Assembly (NCBI GenBank): GCA_963668675.2
Contig: CAXXMB010000002.1
Location: 2,272,001 to 2,336,000 of the forward strand
DNA: 64,000 nt
Source of the DNA: an uncultured Desulfatitalea sp.
GTDB lineage: Bacteria; Desulfobacterota; Desulfobacteria; Desulfobacterales; Desulfosarcinaceae
Reading direction: 5' to 3'
Part shown: piece by piece, positions 1 to 9,700 of the stretch
Position numbering within the stretch: position 1 is the first letter of the stretch
Layout of the letters: every line of letters starts with the position of its first letter
Made by a program: the position numbers and the translations under genes
Notes under the pieces: model-generated
The model's database searches: none
What the model saw: only the letters and a program-made list of their open reading frames with translations
What the model was told of the DNA's origin: nothing

Positions 1-2
1 GG

Positions 3-1409
3 TCATTCGATGTCGGAGCCAGCTATCTCGATTCAGACGGCTATCGCGACAACAGCCAGACCGAGGCCAAGGATGTCGGTGCCACAATTCGTGTCGATCC
101 AAGTGAAGTGGTAAGTTTCAATCTGAGCGGTGGATTCCACAAGGACGAAACCGGCCTTCCCGGTGCATTGCTGCAGAGCGTTCTTGACGCCGGCGCCGAA
201 CCCACCGATACGGTCAATCCAGACGATTATGCCGATACGGAGGACTACTATGCCAAAGGTGGCGTAGAGCTGTTCTTTCTGACAAACGATGCTTTTCGTC
301 TTGACACTTCTTACCGCAAGCGTTCGGTGGAGCAATACGCCTCGTTTACCGGCGGATATTTCACGGGGGATACGGCCATCGAAACCATTGCTGTCTCACC
401 GCGTTTCACCTTTCAGGAGACGTTTGGCGAGGTATCCAATCGCCTGATCTTTGGAGCGGACTTTTCACGGAACGAGGAAGACATCAACAACTTCTCCTCT
501 TTTTCCGGTTCGTCGAACTACAACCTGGAAAGGGAGAGCGTCGGCTATTTCATCCATGACGAACTGGGGATCACCCGCAATTTGAGCCTGTCCGGCGGCT
601 ACCGTTACGATAAGGCCGACTTCACCTTCTCTTCAGGTCCCGACGATGACCAGGATTACAATGAAGAGTCCTTTACGGTCGGGATCAATTATACGGTCGG
701 CATCGCCAAGGCGTATGCCAGCTACGGCACCAGCTTCCGGTTCCCGGTGCTGGACGAGATCTTCAATTTCTTGGACAACTCGGCCATCACCACGTTGAAG
801 CCCCAGAACTCAAAAAATATAGAGGCGGGTACCGTAATCGGACTGCTGGACGGCATGACGATGGCATTCAACATGTTCCGCATAGAGACGGAGGACGAAA
901 TTTTTTACAACCCCGCCGGCGGGCCATTCGGATTTGGCGCCAATGAAAACCTGGATGGTGAAACGACACGCCAGGGGTTTGAGGTGAAATGGGCTTATCA
1001 TTACAAAGGTTGGATTACCGGTGCCAACTATACCCGCATGAAAACAGAGATCGATGGCGGTGTATACGACAACAGCGCCATTCCCAATGTGCCGGAGAAC
1101 AGGGTTTCGGCCAATCTGGGCTACGCCTTCGACATGGGTCTTTTTTGTGGGGTCAACGGCATCTACATGGGTAGCCGTTATCTGATCAGCGACTTCACCA
1201 ATAGCGCCGTAAAGCAGGATGACTATACCGTGGTTAACGCTAAGATAAAATATGACTGGCGTTGGCTCAGCCTGTTTCTGGATATCAACAACATATTCGA
1301 TGAGGAGTACAGCTCTTACGGGGGCCTGAATTTTCTTGGTGAACCCGGATATTATCCCTCACCTGAGTTTAATGTGCTGGTCGGTGTAACTGCCCGCTAC
1401 GGATTTTAA
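3..1409 (+). CDS. TonB-dependent outer-membrane receptor (5' end outside window)
   Basis: Frame is open from position 3. Beta-barrel motifs (GYRYD, SFRFPVLDE, NIFDEEY) and C-terminal F; followed by exbB/exbD/tonB. Confidence 0.93.
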   Translation, partial: SFDVGASYLDSDGYRDNSQTEAKDVGATIRVDPSEVVSFNLSGGFHKDETGLPGALLQSVLDAGAEPTDTVNPDDYADTEDYYAKGGVELFFLTNDAFRLDTSYRKRSVEQYASFTGGYFTGDTAIETIAVSPRFTFQETFGEVSNRLIFGADFSRNEEDINNFSSFSGSSNYNLERESVGYFIHDELGITRNLSLSGGYRYDKADFTFSSGPDDDQDYNEESFTVGINYTVGIAKAYASYGTSFRFPVLDEIFNFLDNSAITTLKPQNSKNIEAGTVIGLLDGMTMAFNMFRIETEDEIFYNPAGGPFGFGANENLDGETTRQGFEVKWAYHYKGWITGANYTRMKTEIDGGVYDNSAIPNVPENRVSANLGYAFDMGLFCGVNGIYMGSRYLISDFTNSAVKQDDYTVVNAKIKYDWRWLSLFLDINNIFDEEYSSYGGLNFLGEPGYYPSPEFNVLVGVTARYGF

Positions 1410-1442
1410 CCGTCCTGCGCGGCGAGTGCCTTAGGAAATTTT

Positions 1443-2078
1443 ATGAACAACCTATTCCACAGCGGCGGGCCGGTGATGTACCCATTGCTGGCCTGCTCGT
1501 TCATTGTGCTGACCGTGGTGATCGAACGCGCCCTGTTTTGGTTCCGGATCACTATACAGCGAAATTCGTCCCTGGTGGACGAGGTGCTGGAGCTTTGCCG
1601 TTCAGGCGATTGGGAAGAGGTGCGTAAGCGGACCGCCGGGAGTCGCGATTTCGTGGTGCGTATCCTGGTGAGCGGCATCCTGCATCGGGAGTTCTCCATG
1701 GTCAAGGCGATGGAGTCGGCTGCGTCCGACGAGATCCAACGCATGCGGCGCTCCATGACCGTGCTCGACACCATGATCACCGTGGCGCCCCTGCTGGGGA
1801 TCTTCGGAACGGTGACCGGTATCATCACCTCGTTCGAGATGCTGGGCGCCGGCGGCCTCGACCACCCCGAGACGGTCACCGCAGGCGTGGCCGAAGCCCT
1901 GATCACCACCGCCACCGGGCTGGCCATCGCCATCTTTTCGGTGTTTCCCTACAATTACTTTAATTCCAAGGTGCGAAGGGCGACCCTGGAGATCGAAAAG
2001 TACGCCACCAGCCTGGAGATCGTCTATGAGAAGTTGGTGCATGGGACCGAGCGGTTCAGGCTGAAAGCCGAAGAGTGA
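1443..2078 (+). CDS. exbB: MotA/TolQ/ExbB proton channel protein
   Basis: APLLGIFGTVTGII and AEALITTATGL motifs. Confidence 0.93.
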   Translation: MNNLFHSGGPVMYPLLACSFIVLTVVIERALFWFRITIQRNSSLVDEVLELCRSGDWEEVRKRTAGSRDFVVRILVSGILHREFSMVKAMESAASDEIQRMRRSMTVLDTMITVAPLLGIFGTVTGIITSFEMLGAGGLDHPETVTAGVAEALITTATGLAIAIFSVFPYNYFNSKVRRATLEIEKYATSLEIVYEKLVHGTERFRLKAEE

Positions 2079-2089
2079 AGGTGTAGGGT

Positions 2090-2500
2090 ATGAAAGTTCA
2101 AACCATAGAGACCCGGTCGCCGCGCATCGAGATGCTGCCGTTGATCGATGTGGTCTTTCTGTTGCTGGTGGTCTTTATTTACGCCATGCTCTCCATGGCG
2201 GTACATAAAGGGTTGCCGGTGGCGCTGCCCACCTCATCAACGGCCCAGGAGGAGGAGTCGGAGCCGGTCTCCATCACCGTGGCGGCTGATGGTGACATTT
2301 TTGTTGATAAGAACCCGGTGGCCCTGGCTGATCTCGCTGCGGTTCTGCAGCAACGGGCGCAGGCGGATCCCGAAACCGGGGTGCTGATCTTTGCCGACAG
2401 GAGCTTGCCCTACCAGTCCCTGTTTCAGGTGCTCGACCAGGTGCGCCTGGCCGGGTTGTCCCGCATCAACTTACAGGCGGAGTCGGAAAGGGCACCATGA
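2090..2500 (+). CDS. exbD: Biopolymer transporter ExbD
   Basis: MLPLIDVVFLLL TM motif; operon position. Confidence 0.93.
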   Translation: MKVQTIETRSPRIEMLPLIDVVFLLLVVFIYAMLSMAVHKGLPVALPTSSTAQEEESEPVSITVAADGDIFVDKNPVALADLAAVLQQRAQADPETGVLIFADRSLPYQSLFQVLDQVRLAGLSRINLQAESERAP

Positions 2501-3174
2501 AACGATGGCTCATCCCCATTGTGTCTGCGCTCGCCATCCACGTGGCCCTCTACCGGTTCGACCTGGTCTCCATGCCGCCGGTCATGGCAATGAACGAGAA
2601 CCGCACTGTGACCATCTCCCTCGTGCAGATGCGGCCGGTATCAAAACCTCGACAGCAGGTCCAGCCCCTTAAGATCGATTCGCCCGATCCCATTGCGCCG
2701 TTGGCCAAGCTGATCCCCAAACCGCCGCCTGTGAAGCGGCCGGACCCCTTGCCGAGCCCCAAACCGGTCGAGGTGGAGACTCCGCCGGCGCCAGCCGCGC
2801 AGGAGCTGGCAGCAGCTGAAGATCCGTTCACCGAACCGTTGGAGGCTCAGACCACGCAGCAGAGCGTCTCGGCGCCCGTCGGGCCGGACCAGGCCGAGGT
2901 CCAGGCGTCGATTCCTCTCTACCACCTCAATCCGTCGCCCACCTATCCTGCCATGGCCCGCCGGCGCAACTACCAGGGAACCGTGCTGCTCGACGTGCTG
3001 GTCAACCAGCAGGGGCGTGTTGCGCGGGTCGAAGTGGCCGACAGTTGTGGTTACGCGATGCTTGACCGCAGCGCCAGAAAGAGCGTCCGCCAATGGCGCT
3101 TTGAACCCGCCCGCCGCTTCGGCCGCCCCATTGAGATGTGGGTTCAGGTACCGATTAAATTTGAACTGAGGTGA
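2497..3174 (+). CDS. tonB: Energy transducer TonB
   Basis: N-terminal TM with His, Pro-rich linker, PTYPAMARRR..QGTVLL C-terminal domain; ATGA overlap with exbD. Confidence 0.92.
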   Translation: MKRWLIPIVSALAIHVALYRFDLVSMPPVMAMNENRTVTISLVQMRPVSKPRQQVQPLKIDSPDPIAPLAKLIPKPPPVKRPDPLPSPKPVEVETPPAPAAQELAAAEDPFTEPLEAQTTQQSVSAPVGPDQAEVQASIPLYHLNPSPTYPAMARRRNYQGTVLLDVLVNQQGRVARVEVADSCGYAMLDRSARKSVRQWRFEPARRFGRPIEMWVQVPIKFELR

Positions 3175-3184
3175 AAAAAGGCGG

Positions 3185-3280
3185 AATCCCCCCCGGCCCC
3201 CCTTTGTGAAAGGGCGGCGTTTAACGGATAGGCTTTGTATCTATTTTCCACCCTTTTCCAAAGGGGGGCCAGGGGGGATT
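3185..3280. repeat. Inverted REP-like doublet (ATCCCCCC..CCCCCTTTnnnAAAGGG family)
   Basis: AATCCCCCCCGGCCCCCCTTTGTGAAAGGG (3185-3214) is near-complementary to CCCTTTTCCAAAGGGGGGCCAGGGGGGATT (3251-3280). Confidence 0.75.
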
Positions 3281-3306
3281 TTGCTAAGCGGACACCAGCC
3301 TATCTT

Positions 3307-3343
3307 AAAAAAAATGCGATGCGGGCATTGCGCCCGCATCGCA
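3307..3343 (-). terminator. Rho-independent terminator of the porin gene
   Basis: 12-bp stem TGCGATGCGGGC/GCCCGCATCGCA followed by T8 on the minus strand. Confidence 0.8.
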
Positions 3344-3400
3344 CCGGCTTAAGGAGGACTTCCTGCTTGGGGGGCAAGCAGAAAGGAGGCTCTTGGTTAA

Positions 3401-4135
3401 CTAAAAGGCATAGGCGACACTGATGCCGCCGTATAGGTTGACGTCTACACCGGTGCCGTCTTCAGCATCGGCCAGGGCGTCATCATCCAGGGAGTCGGCA
3501 TAATTGATGCTGGCAGAAACACTCCAAGCTTTGGTCAGGGTGTATGAGGCGCTCAGTGACAGGGTATAGTCGTAAAGGCCACCATCGGTTCCGGAGTAAG
3601 CCATGGCAAAATCATCATCGGCGTATGCTGCGCGGGCGCCGGCTTCGATACTGAACGCGTCGGTCAGATCCATCGCATAGGTCAGGCCCAGGTCGACATA
3701 GTACCCGTCAATCTCATCAAAATCGTAGTAAAAGGTGGAACCGACGGAGAGACCGCCTACAATCGGCAGGCCGAGGCTGACATAGGCTTCATGGGTGCTG
3801 CCGCCGGCTACCGGAAAGAGATATTCGATCACACCCACGCCGATCTCCAGCTTCTGGAGACTGAAACCGTAGTAGACGGTCAGGTCGACTTCGGAAAATT
3901 CGTTGTCGTCCAACTGATCATCATAATCGTCGATATCCCAGTTGGCCCACACATTGACGCCGAAGCTGCCGTTGGTGACATCGATACTTGGTTGAGCCAC
4001 CGGGCCGTCGTTAAAGGTGATGCCGCGCCACACATAGGCGGAGTTCATATCGAGACCAAGGGTCGCATCTGCGGCCCATACCGAACTGCTTGCCAAAACA
4101 ATTGCCAAAGCGATAACAGGAATAAGTCGTTTCAT
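3401..4135 (-). CDS. TorF/MipA-like outer-membrane beta-barrel protein
   Basis: Signal peptide, SAYVWRG and EVDLTV motifs, terminal YAF. Confidence 0.8.
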   Translation of the reverse strand: MKRLIPVIALAIVLASSSVWAADATLGLDMNSAYVWRGITFNDGPVAQPSIDVTNGSFGVNVWANWDIDDYDDQLDDNEFSEVDLTVYYGFSLQKLEIGVGVIEYLFPVAGGSTHEAYVSLGLPIVGGLSVGSTFYYDFDEIDGYYVDLGLTYAMDLTDAFSIEAGARAAYADDDFAMAYSGTDGGLYDYTLSLSASYTLTKAWSVSASINYADSLDDDALADAEDGTGVDVNLYGGISVAYAF

Positions 4136-4299
4136 CGTACTCAGTTCTCCTCGTTGCAGAATTCAATGGGTTTATATTATGACTATTGGTGCCGGCCGGT
4201 GCCACGCCTCCTGTTGTGGGAACGTTACGATTGCAGTTTCACCTCCTTTCCAGCGGAAACCAGCGGCCCACATTTCCGGCGACAGTTGAGTATAGATAA

Positions 4300-4316
4300 A
4301 GCAGGTTGTGTGCCAA
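4300..4316 (-). promoter_or_regulatory. Sigma-54 (-24/-12) promoter of the porin gene
   Basis: Minus strand TTGGCAC-ACAAC-CTGCT; IHF consensus AATCAATAAATTA at 4356-4368 upstream. Confidence 0.7.
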
Positions 4317-4539
4317 GTCGGTATCACGGAGGTTGTGTTTGTCTTTATTCAAAAAAATCAATAAATTAAAAATCACATAGATAGTGTGGACGGTTTCATA
4401 ATGCAAAATACATATTACAATTTTGTTGTTAGATAACATTGAATTAACATTTATGTACTATCGTGTGATGAATGTTACCTGCCAAGATCAGGTGCGCATC
4501 AGTGCGGCGGCCTTTGGCGGCCCCGGGTGACAGTAAAGG

Positions 4540-5316
4540 ATGGTATTGATGGATAAAAAGCCCCTGGCGTGCAATCCCTGGCTCATGGCCCACCGCGGTG
4601 CGCGGGATGAGGCGCCCGAGAACACGTGCTCCGCATTTGAACGTGCGTTGACCTATCCCATCGATGGGATCGAGCTGGACGTTCAGATGAGCGCCGATGG
4701 TGTGCCGGTCATCTATCACGACGCCACGCTGTGGCGTGTGGCGCGCAGCAGGCAGCGGGTCTCCGACCTGTCCGCCGATCAATTGGCGCAGATGGATTGG
4801 GGCGGGTGGTTCGATGCCGCTTATGCCGGCGAACCGCTGCTGACCCTCGAAAAGACCCTCGGCCGGTTTGCGGCGCGCACCCGTCTGTTCATCGAGATCA
4901 AGGCATCGGCGACCAATGACAACGACCGTTTGACGCGCCGGGTCGTGGCGCAGCTGGCGCGCCTGCCCGAGCAGACCCCAAAGGCCAACATCTATCTGCT
5001 CTGCTTCGATCTCGGGATACTGCGACTGGCCAACGAGCTGGCTCCCCAGTGGCGCTGCGTCTACAATGTGCCGGAGCGGCAGCCGGAGCATGTGATAGCG
5101 CTTACGGAAGAGGCCACGGCCCATCTGTGGGCCATCGACGTGCCGATCGGTCGACTCACCCTCCCGCTGGCGGCGTGGGCCAAGGGTCGTGGGCTGAAGC
5201 TTTGCACTTACACTTGCAATGGGCCACGCCAGGTGGCCAAGGCCCTGGGGATGGGCGTCGACGCCATTTTGACCGATCGCCCCGGCTGGCTCACCGGCCA
5301 CCTGGGCAAGAGATAA
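4540..5316 (+). CDS. Glycerophosphodiester phosphodiesterase
   Basis: AHRGA..APENT, IELDV, IYHD, IEIK, ILTDRP motifs. Confidence 0.92.
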   Translation: MVLMDKKPLACNPWLMAHRGARDEAPENTCSAFERALTYPIDGIELDVQMSADGVPVIYHDATLWRVARSRQRVSDLSADQLAQMDWGGWFDAAYAGEPLLTLEKTLGRFAARTRLFIEIKASATNDNDRLTRRVVAQLARLPEQTPKANIYLLCFDLGILRLANELAPQWRCVYNVPERQPEHVIALTEEATAHLWAIDVPIGRLTLPLAAWAKGRGLKLCTYTCNGPRQVAKALGMGVDAILTDRPGWLTGHLGKR

Positions 5317-5387
5317 TGGCTCTCGCGCAAAGACGCGAATCTCGCCGGACGTATTTCAAAAAATAGACGGAGTTGATGAGGCCGGTC

Positions 5388-5484
5388 CGGGCGGGCATAA
5401 AGCCCGCCCCTACGAGGACTGTGTATACTGCTATCACTCCGTTTTTATGATAAATATCGTAGGGGCGGGCTTTGTGCCCGCCCG
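5388..5484. repeat. GTAG-family REP doublet (REPIN)
   Basis: CGGGCGGGCATAAAGCCCGCCCCTACGA (5388-5415) and inverted copy TCGTAGGGGCGGGCTTTGTGCCCGCCCG (5457-5484). Confidence 0.85.
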
Positions 5485-5555
5485 TTATGCTCCCTTAATA
5501 TGAGACACTGCATCTGTTCTGGGAAATGGCGATCATGGGAGCGAACAAGGGGGGA

Positions 5556-6062
5556 TCAGCGGGCACCGACGTGACCACAGGCGTGACCCAGTTCGGGAAA
5601 GATCAGGGCCTTGCAGGCCAACTGGCACGCCTTGAGGCTTCCCGGAAGGCAAAAGACGATGCAGCCGCCGATGACGCCCGCCGAGGCGCGCGACAGGATG
5701 GCCGCCGAATCGACCTGTTCGAAGCTGAGCTGGGCGAAGATGGGGCCGAAGGCGGTCAACTCTTTCGTGAAGAGAGGTCTCAGCGCCTCTATGGTGACAT
5801 CCTTGGGGGTGATGCCCGTGCCGCCGGTGACGATGACGGCCTGGGGTTGCGCGTCGGCCAGCAAGTGCAATACGTTTTCGCGGATGGCGTCGCGGTCATC
5901 GTCCACTACCCGGTGGTCCACTATCTGGTGCCCTTCGCGGCCGGCCCGCTTGGCGATCCACTGACCGGCGGCGTCTGTTGCGAGGGTTCGCGTAGATGAA
6001 ACGCTCACCACCGCTACGCGAAGCGACGTAGGGGCGCTGGCGCGATGTTCATGGTGTCCCAT
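5556..6062 (-). CDS. moaB: MogA/MoaB molybdenum cofactor biosynthesis protein
   Basis: TGGTGITPKDVTIEA, SRASAG, LPGS motifs; start chosen at ATG 6062 after a GAGG RBS. Confidence 0.88.
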   Translation of the reverse strand: MGHHEHRASAPTSLRVAVVSVSSTRTLATDAAGQWIAKRAGREGHQIVDHRVVDDDRDAIRENVLHLLADAQPQAVIVTGGTGITPKDVTIEALRPLFTKELTAFGPIFAQLSFEQVDSAAILSRASAGVIGGCIVFCLPGSLKACQLACKALIFPELGHACGHVGAR

Positions 6063-6070
6063 TTTTTTCC

Positions 6071-6604
6071 TCAATTTGTCTCCAGCACCACCTGGTCCTG
6101 GTCGTCGCACTCCTTGAGCAGCACATTGATCGTTTCGGCCTTCTCGGTGGAGACACATTGCCCCGTATAGGTGCTTTGGATCGGCAGCTCGCGGTGACCG
6201 CGGTCGATCAGCACCGCCAGCTCGATGCTGGCCGGACGCCCGAAGTCGATGATGGCATCCATGGCGGCCCGCACCGTGCGCCCTGTGTAGAGGACATCGT
6301 CGATCAGGATGATTTTCTTCCCTTCGACCGAAAAGGGGATCTGCGTGGTTTTGACCACCGGCTGGGCGCTCATCTGGGTCCAGTCGTCCCGGTAGAGCGT
6401 GATGTCCATCTCGCCGACCAATACATCGGCGCCCTCGAAAGTGCGGATGTTCTCGCGCAAGCGCTGGGCCAGGAAGACACCGCGGGTGTGGATCCCCACC
6501 AGGGCCATGTTGTTGCCCTTGTGCGCTTCCAGAATTTCGTAGGCCATGCGCTTGAGAATGCGGTCGATCCCCACCGCATCCAGGATCTGTTCTGTTTTTC
6601 CCAT
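6071..6604 (-). CDS. pyrR: Bifunctional pyr regulator / uracil phosphoribosyltransferase
   Basis: DITLYRDD, IDDVLYTGRTVRAA, DRGHRELPI motifs. Confidence 0.95.
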   Translation of the reverse strand: MGKTEQILDAVGIDRILKRMAYEILEAHKGNNMALVGIHTRGVFLAQRLRENIRTFEGADVLVGEMDITLYRDDWTQMSAQPVVKTTQIPFSVEGKKIILIDDVLYTGRTVRAAMDAIIDFGRPASIELAVLIDRGHRELPIQSTYTGQCVSTEKAETINVLLKECDDQDQVVLETN

Positions 6605-6796
6605 GGCGACTTCACCCCGTTGGAAAGATTTTTCGCGACGGCAGCATATTGTAATCAATGGATATAACACCTCATATACCATGAACGCGTCCATTGGCAA
6701 TAGCTTATGCGGGCGGCGTGGTTGACCGGCCGTCGGGATTGACGCCAATCGGCGCTTGGCATAGGATGGCGCCACCGATTCGAGAAAAGAGAAAAA

Positions 6797-8578
6797 ATGC
6801 AGCCAACCATTGCCCAACCCACCTTTCTCCCCACCACACCCGAAGAGCTGGACCGCCTCGGCTGGCAGGCCCTGGATGTGGTCCTGGTCTCCGGTGATAC
6901 TTACATCGATTCACCCCACTTTGGTGTGGCCGTGGTCGGTCGTGCATTGGTGGCGGCCGGATTTCGGGTGGGCGTCATCGCACAGCCTGACATTCAGAGC
7001 GGCAGCGACATCACCCGCCTCGGAGAGCCCGAACTCTTCTGGGGCGTCACCGCCGGCAGCGTCGATTCCATGATCGCCAATTTCACCCCTTCGGGCCGCC
7101 GCCGCAGAAGCGACGACATGACCCCCGGCGGCCTCAACAACCGGCGCCCGGACCGCGCCGTCCTGGCCTACAGCCATCTGATTCGGCGACACTTCAAGCA
7201 GACCCGGCCCATCGTCCTGGGCGGCATCGAGGCAAGCCTGCGGCGCATCTCCCACTACGACGCATGGTCCGACAAAATTCGGCGCTCAGTGCTCTTCGAC
7301 GCCAAGGCCGATCTGTTGCTCTACGGCATGGCCGATCAGACGGTTGTCGCCCTGGCCCGCCACTTGCGGGACAGGATCGATCCGCACGCCCTGCGCGGCC
7401 TTTGCTACATCAGTCGCGACCTCCCCGATCCGGAACCGCAGCTGCCCGAAGGAGATTTGCTCCTGCCGCCCCACCAGGTCGTGGCCGAGGACAAGCAGGC
7501 CTTCACCCAGATGTTCAACCAGTTTTACGCCAACGCCGACCCCTTCACGGCCAAACGTCTGGTGCAGCAGCAGGATACCCGTTATCTGGTGCACAATCCG
7601 CCAGCGCTGCCGCCCACCGCTGAAGATCTGGACCAGGTTTATGCCCTGCCCTATGCACGTGCCGTGCATCCCCGCGAAAGCAGTGCCGGTCGGGTGGCTG
7701 CCCTGGAGACGATCCAATTCTCCGTCACCACCCATCGCGGCTGCTTTGGAGAGTGCCGCTTCTGTGCCATCGCCGTTCACCAGGGGCGCCGGGTCATCTC
7801 CCGCAGTCGGGAGGCTATCGTCCGCGAAGTGCAAGACTTCACCCGTCATCCCGATTTCAAAGGGATCGTGTCAGACGTGGGCGGGCCGACCGCCAACATG
7901 TACGCCATGGGGTGCGGCCGCAACGCCGACCGCAGCGCCTGTACCAAGAAGGGATGCCTCTATCCCGCCACCTGCAAACAGCTTGTCGGAGACCACCAGC
8001 CGCAGATCGAGCTGTTGCGGTCCCTGCGCGATATCCCCGGTATCCGTAAAATCTTCGTCGCCTCGGGCGTACGCTACGACCTGGTGATCCAGGACCGCCG
8101 TTCGGGCAAAGCTTACCTGGAGACCCTGCTGCGCCACCACATCTCCGGCCAGCTCAAAATCGCACCCGAACACATCCACGACCCGCTGCTCAAATTGATG
8201 GGCAAACCCGGCCGTCAATACCTGGACGACTTCGTGCGCCTCTTCGAACAGCTCAACCGGCACCTGGAGACCCGGCAGTTTCTCACCTACTACTTCATGG
8301 CCGCCCACCCGGGCTGCACCCTCGACGACATGCGCCGCCTGCGCGAATACGCCGGCCGCAAGCTTCGTCTGGTGCCCGAGCAGGTGCAGATTTTCACCCC
8401 CTCACCTTCGACATACGCCACCCTGATGTACCACACCGGCATGGACCCCTTCAGCGGGCAATCTCTGTTTGTGGAGAGGGGGGTGCGTCAGAAAATTGAG
8501 CAGAAGGCCGCACTGGTGCCACATTCGTCAAAAACGAAGAAAAGGCGGGGTCCCAAAGGTCGAAGAAAAGATCCCTGA
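6797..8578 (+). CDS. YgiQ-family radical SAM protein
   Basis: GDTYIDSPHFG, RGCFGECRFC (CxxxCxxC), LKIAPEH, QVQIFTPSP. Confidence 0.92.
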   Translation: MQPTIAQPTFLPTTPEELDRLGWQALDVVLVSGDTYIDSPHFGVAVVGRALVAAGFRVGVIAQPDIQSGSDITRLGEPELFWGVTAGSVDSMIANFTPSGRRRRSDDMTPGGLNNRRPDRAVLAYSHLIRRHFKQTRPIVLGGIEASLRRISHYDAWSDKIRRSVLFDAKADLLLYGMADQTVVALARHLRDRIDPHALRGLCYISRDLPDPEPQLPEGDLLLPPHQVVAEDKQAFTQMFNQFYANADPFTAKRLVQQQDTRYLVHNPPALPPTAEDLDQVYALPYARAVHPRESSAGRVAALETIQFSVTTHRGCFGECRFCAIAVHQGRRVISRSREAIVREVQDFTRHPDFKGIVSDVGGPTANMYAMGCGRNADRSACTKKGCLYPATCKQLVGDHQPQIELLRSLRDIPGIRKIFVASGVRYDLVIQDRRSGKAYLETLLRHHISGQLKIAPEHIHDPLLKLMGKPGRQYLDDFVRLFEQLNRHLETRQFLTYYFMAAHPGCTLDDMRRLREYAGRKLRLVPEQVQIFTPSPSTYATLMYHTGMDPFSGQSLFVERGVRQKIEQKAALVPHSSKTKKRRGPKGRRKDP

Positions 8579-8619
8579 GACGCGATGCAAAAAGAGACAG
8601 CGGCGCCGATACCCCACCT

Positions 8620-9493
8620 TCATAGCTGTTCGCTCGTCGGTGCAGCCTGGGGTTCAGGTGGTGGCGCACTGCCGGCGGCCTCCGGGCAGGAGCGGCAATT
8701 GGCCCGCTTGTCGTCGCATCGGTTCTCTGTCTGCGACCACGGTTTAACCCGGATATTTCCCTGTACCGCATCTCCGCCCGTGCCCGGCACGCGCGGATCG
8801 CCCCTCCAGTTGTGATCGGCGGTCAGTATCCCCTCCGAGCTATTGTACACACCATAGCTTCGGTTCCCGGAAAAGTTGTTCAGGTGGATGGAGGGCGTCG
8901 CATGGTAGGTGCGGTAGATGCCGAAGGTGTTGTAGGAAAAGGTGATGCAGCGGATCTGGGCGCCGCCGCTTCCCTTGCCGTTGGGAAAAAATGGCGGCTT
9001 GGGAGCTGCGCTCAAAAGACATTGATGCTGTCTGAAATAAAGTAGGGAATGGTTTCGAGCCAGACGGCATCGTGGCGCACATCCCCACCGGCAATCTCAA
9101 GGCGGCTGTTTTTATCGATGCGGTTGTCGCTTCATTGGAAGTGAAGCGTATCGGAAGGTCCGGTTCTCCCATGGCAGCCAGCGCGCCTGGTTCACTGTCC
9201 GAGGTGACGATCACCAGGGATTGATAGCGATCGAACTCGATGGTGACGCCCGCTTCGATAGTCAGGGTGGTCACACCGTCGCCACCATCTTTTCCCAGCA
9301 CGCGAACATCTCCGGTAACGATGTAGGGGCTGCCTTCGCGTGTCCTTGTGGTGTCGCTTTGAATCGTGTCGCTCACCGTTGTCCCGGCTGCTGCCGGCAC
9401 AGGGCCCCATATCGGCAGCCCATCCGGGGTCTGTAGAAAAAGAGCGATAACGACGATGGCGGCCGCGGCAAGAGATTTCTCGGTCAACTTCAT
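8620..9493 (-). pseudogene. Fragmented secreted parallel beta-helix surface protein
   Basis: N-terminal part (signal peptide, SPYIVTGDV, TLTIEAGV, PIRFTS) and C-terminal part (NNFSGN..YGVYN..ADHNW.GD) lie in different frames. Confidence 0.6.
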
Positions 9494-9700
9494 TCAGCGT
9501 CCTTTGGGAATCGCATCGGCGGCATCGGCAACACCGCCGTATCGATACAGTTGTCCATTCAATTCGAGAAGCAAAAGGCAAGAGAGGGCCACCGTATATC
9601 GGTTTGCCACGGTGTGCCGCCATTTTTCATAAGCCCCTGCGCCTTGTCAAGCAGCGGACGTGAATAAGGTCTCCACGGCGAACCCACACGGGGAGATAGT

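Noticed and set aside
6071..6700. PyrR attenuator upstream of pyrR
   Set aside because: No recognisable PyrR-binding loop or terminator, and no pyr genes adjacent.
9520..9625. GGCAAACC...GTTGCCGA on the minus strand, resembling a c-di-GMP-I riboswitch
   Set aside because: Lacks the GNRA loop and the GACGCAAAGC junction; an Rfam search would be needed.
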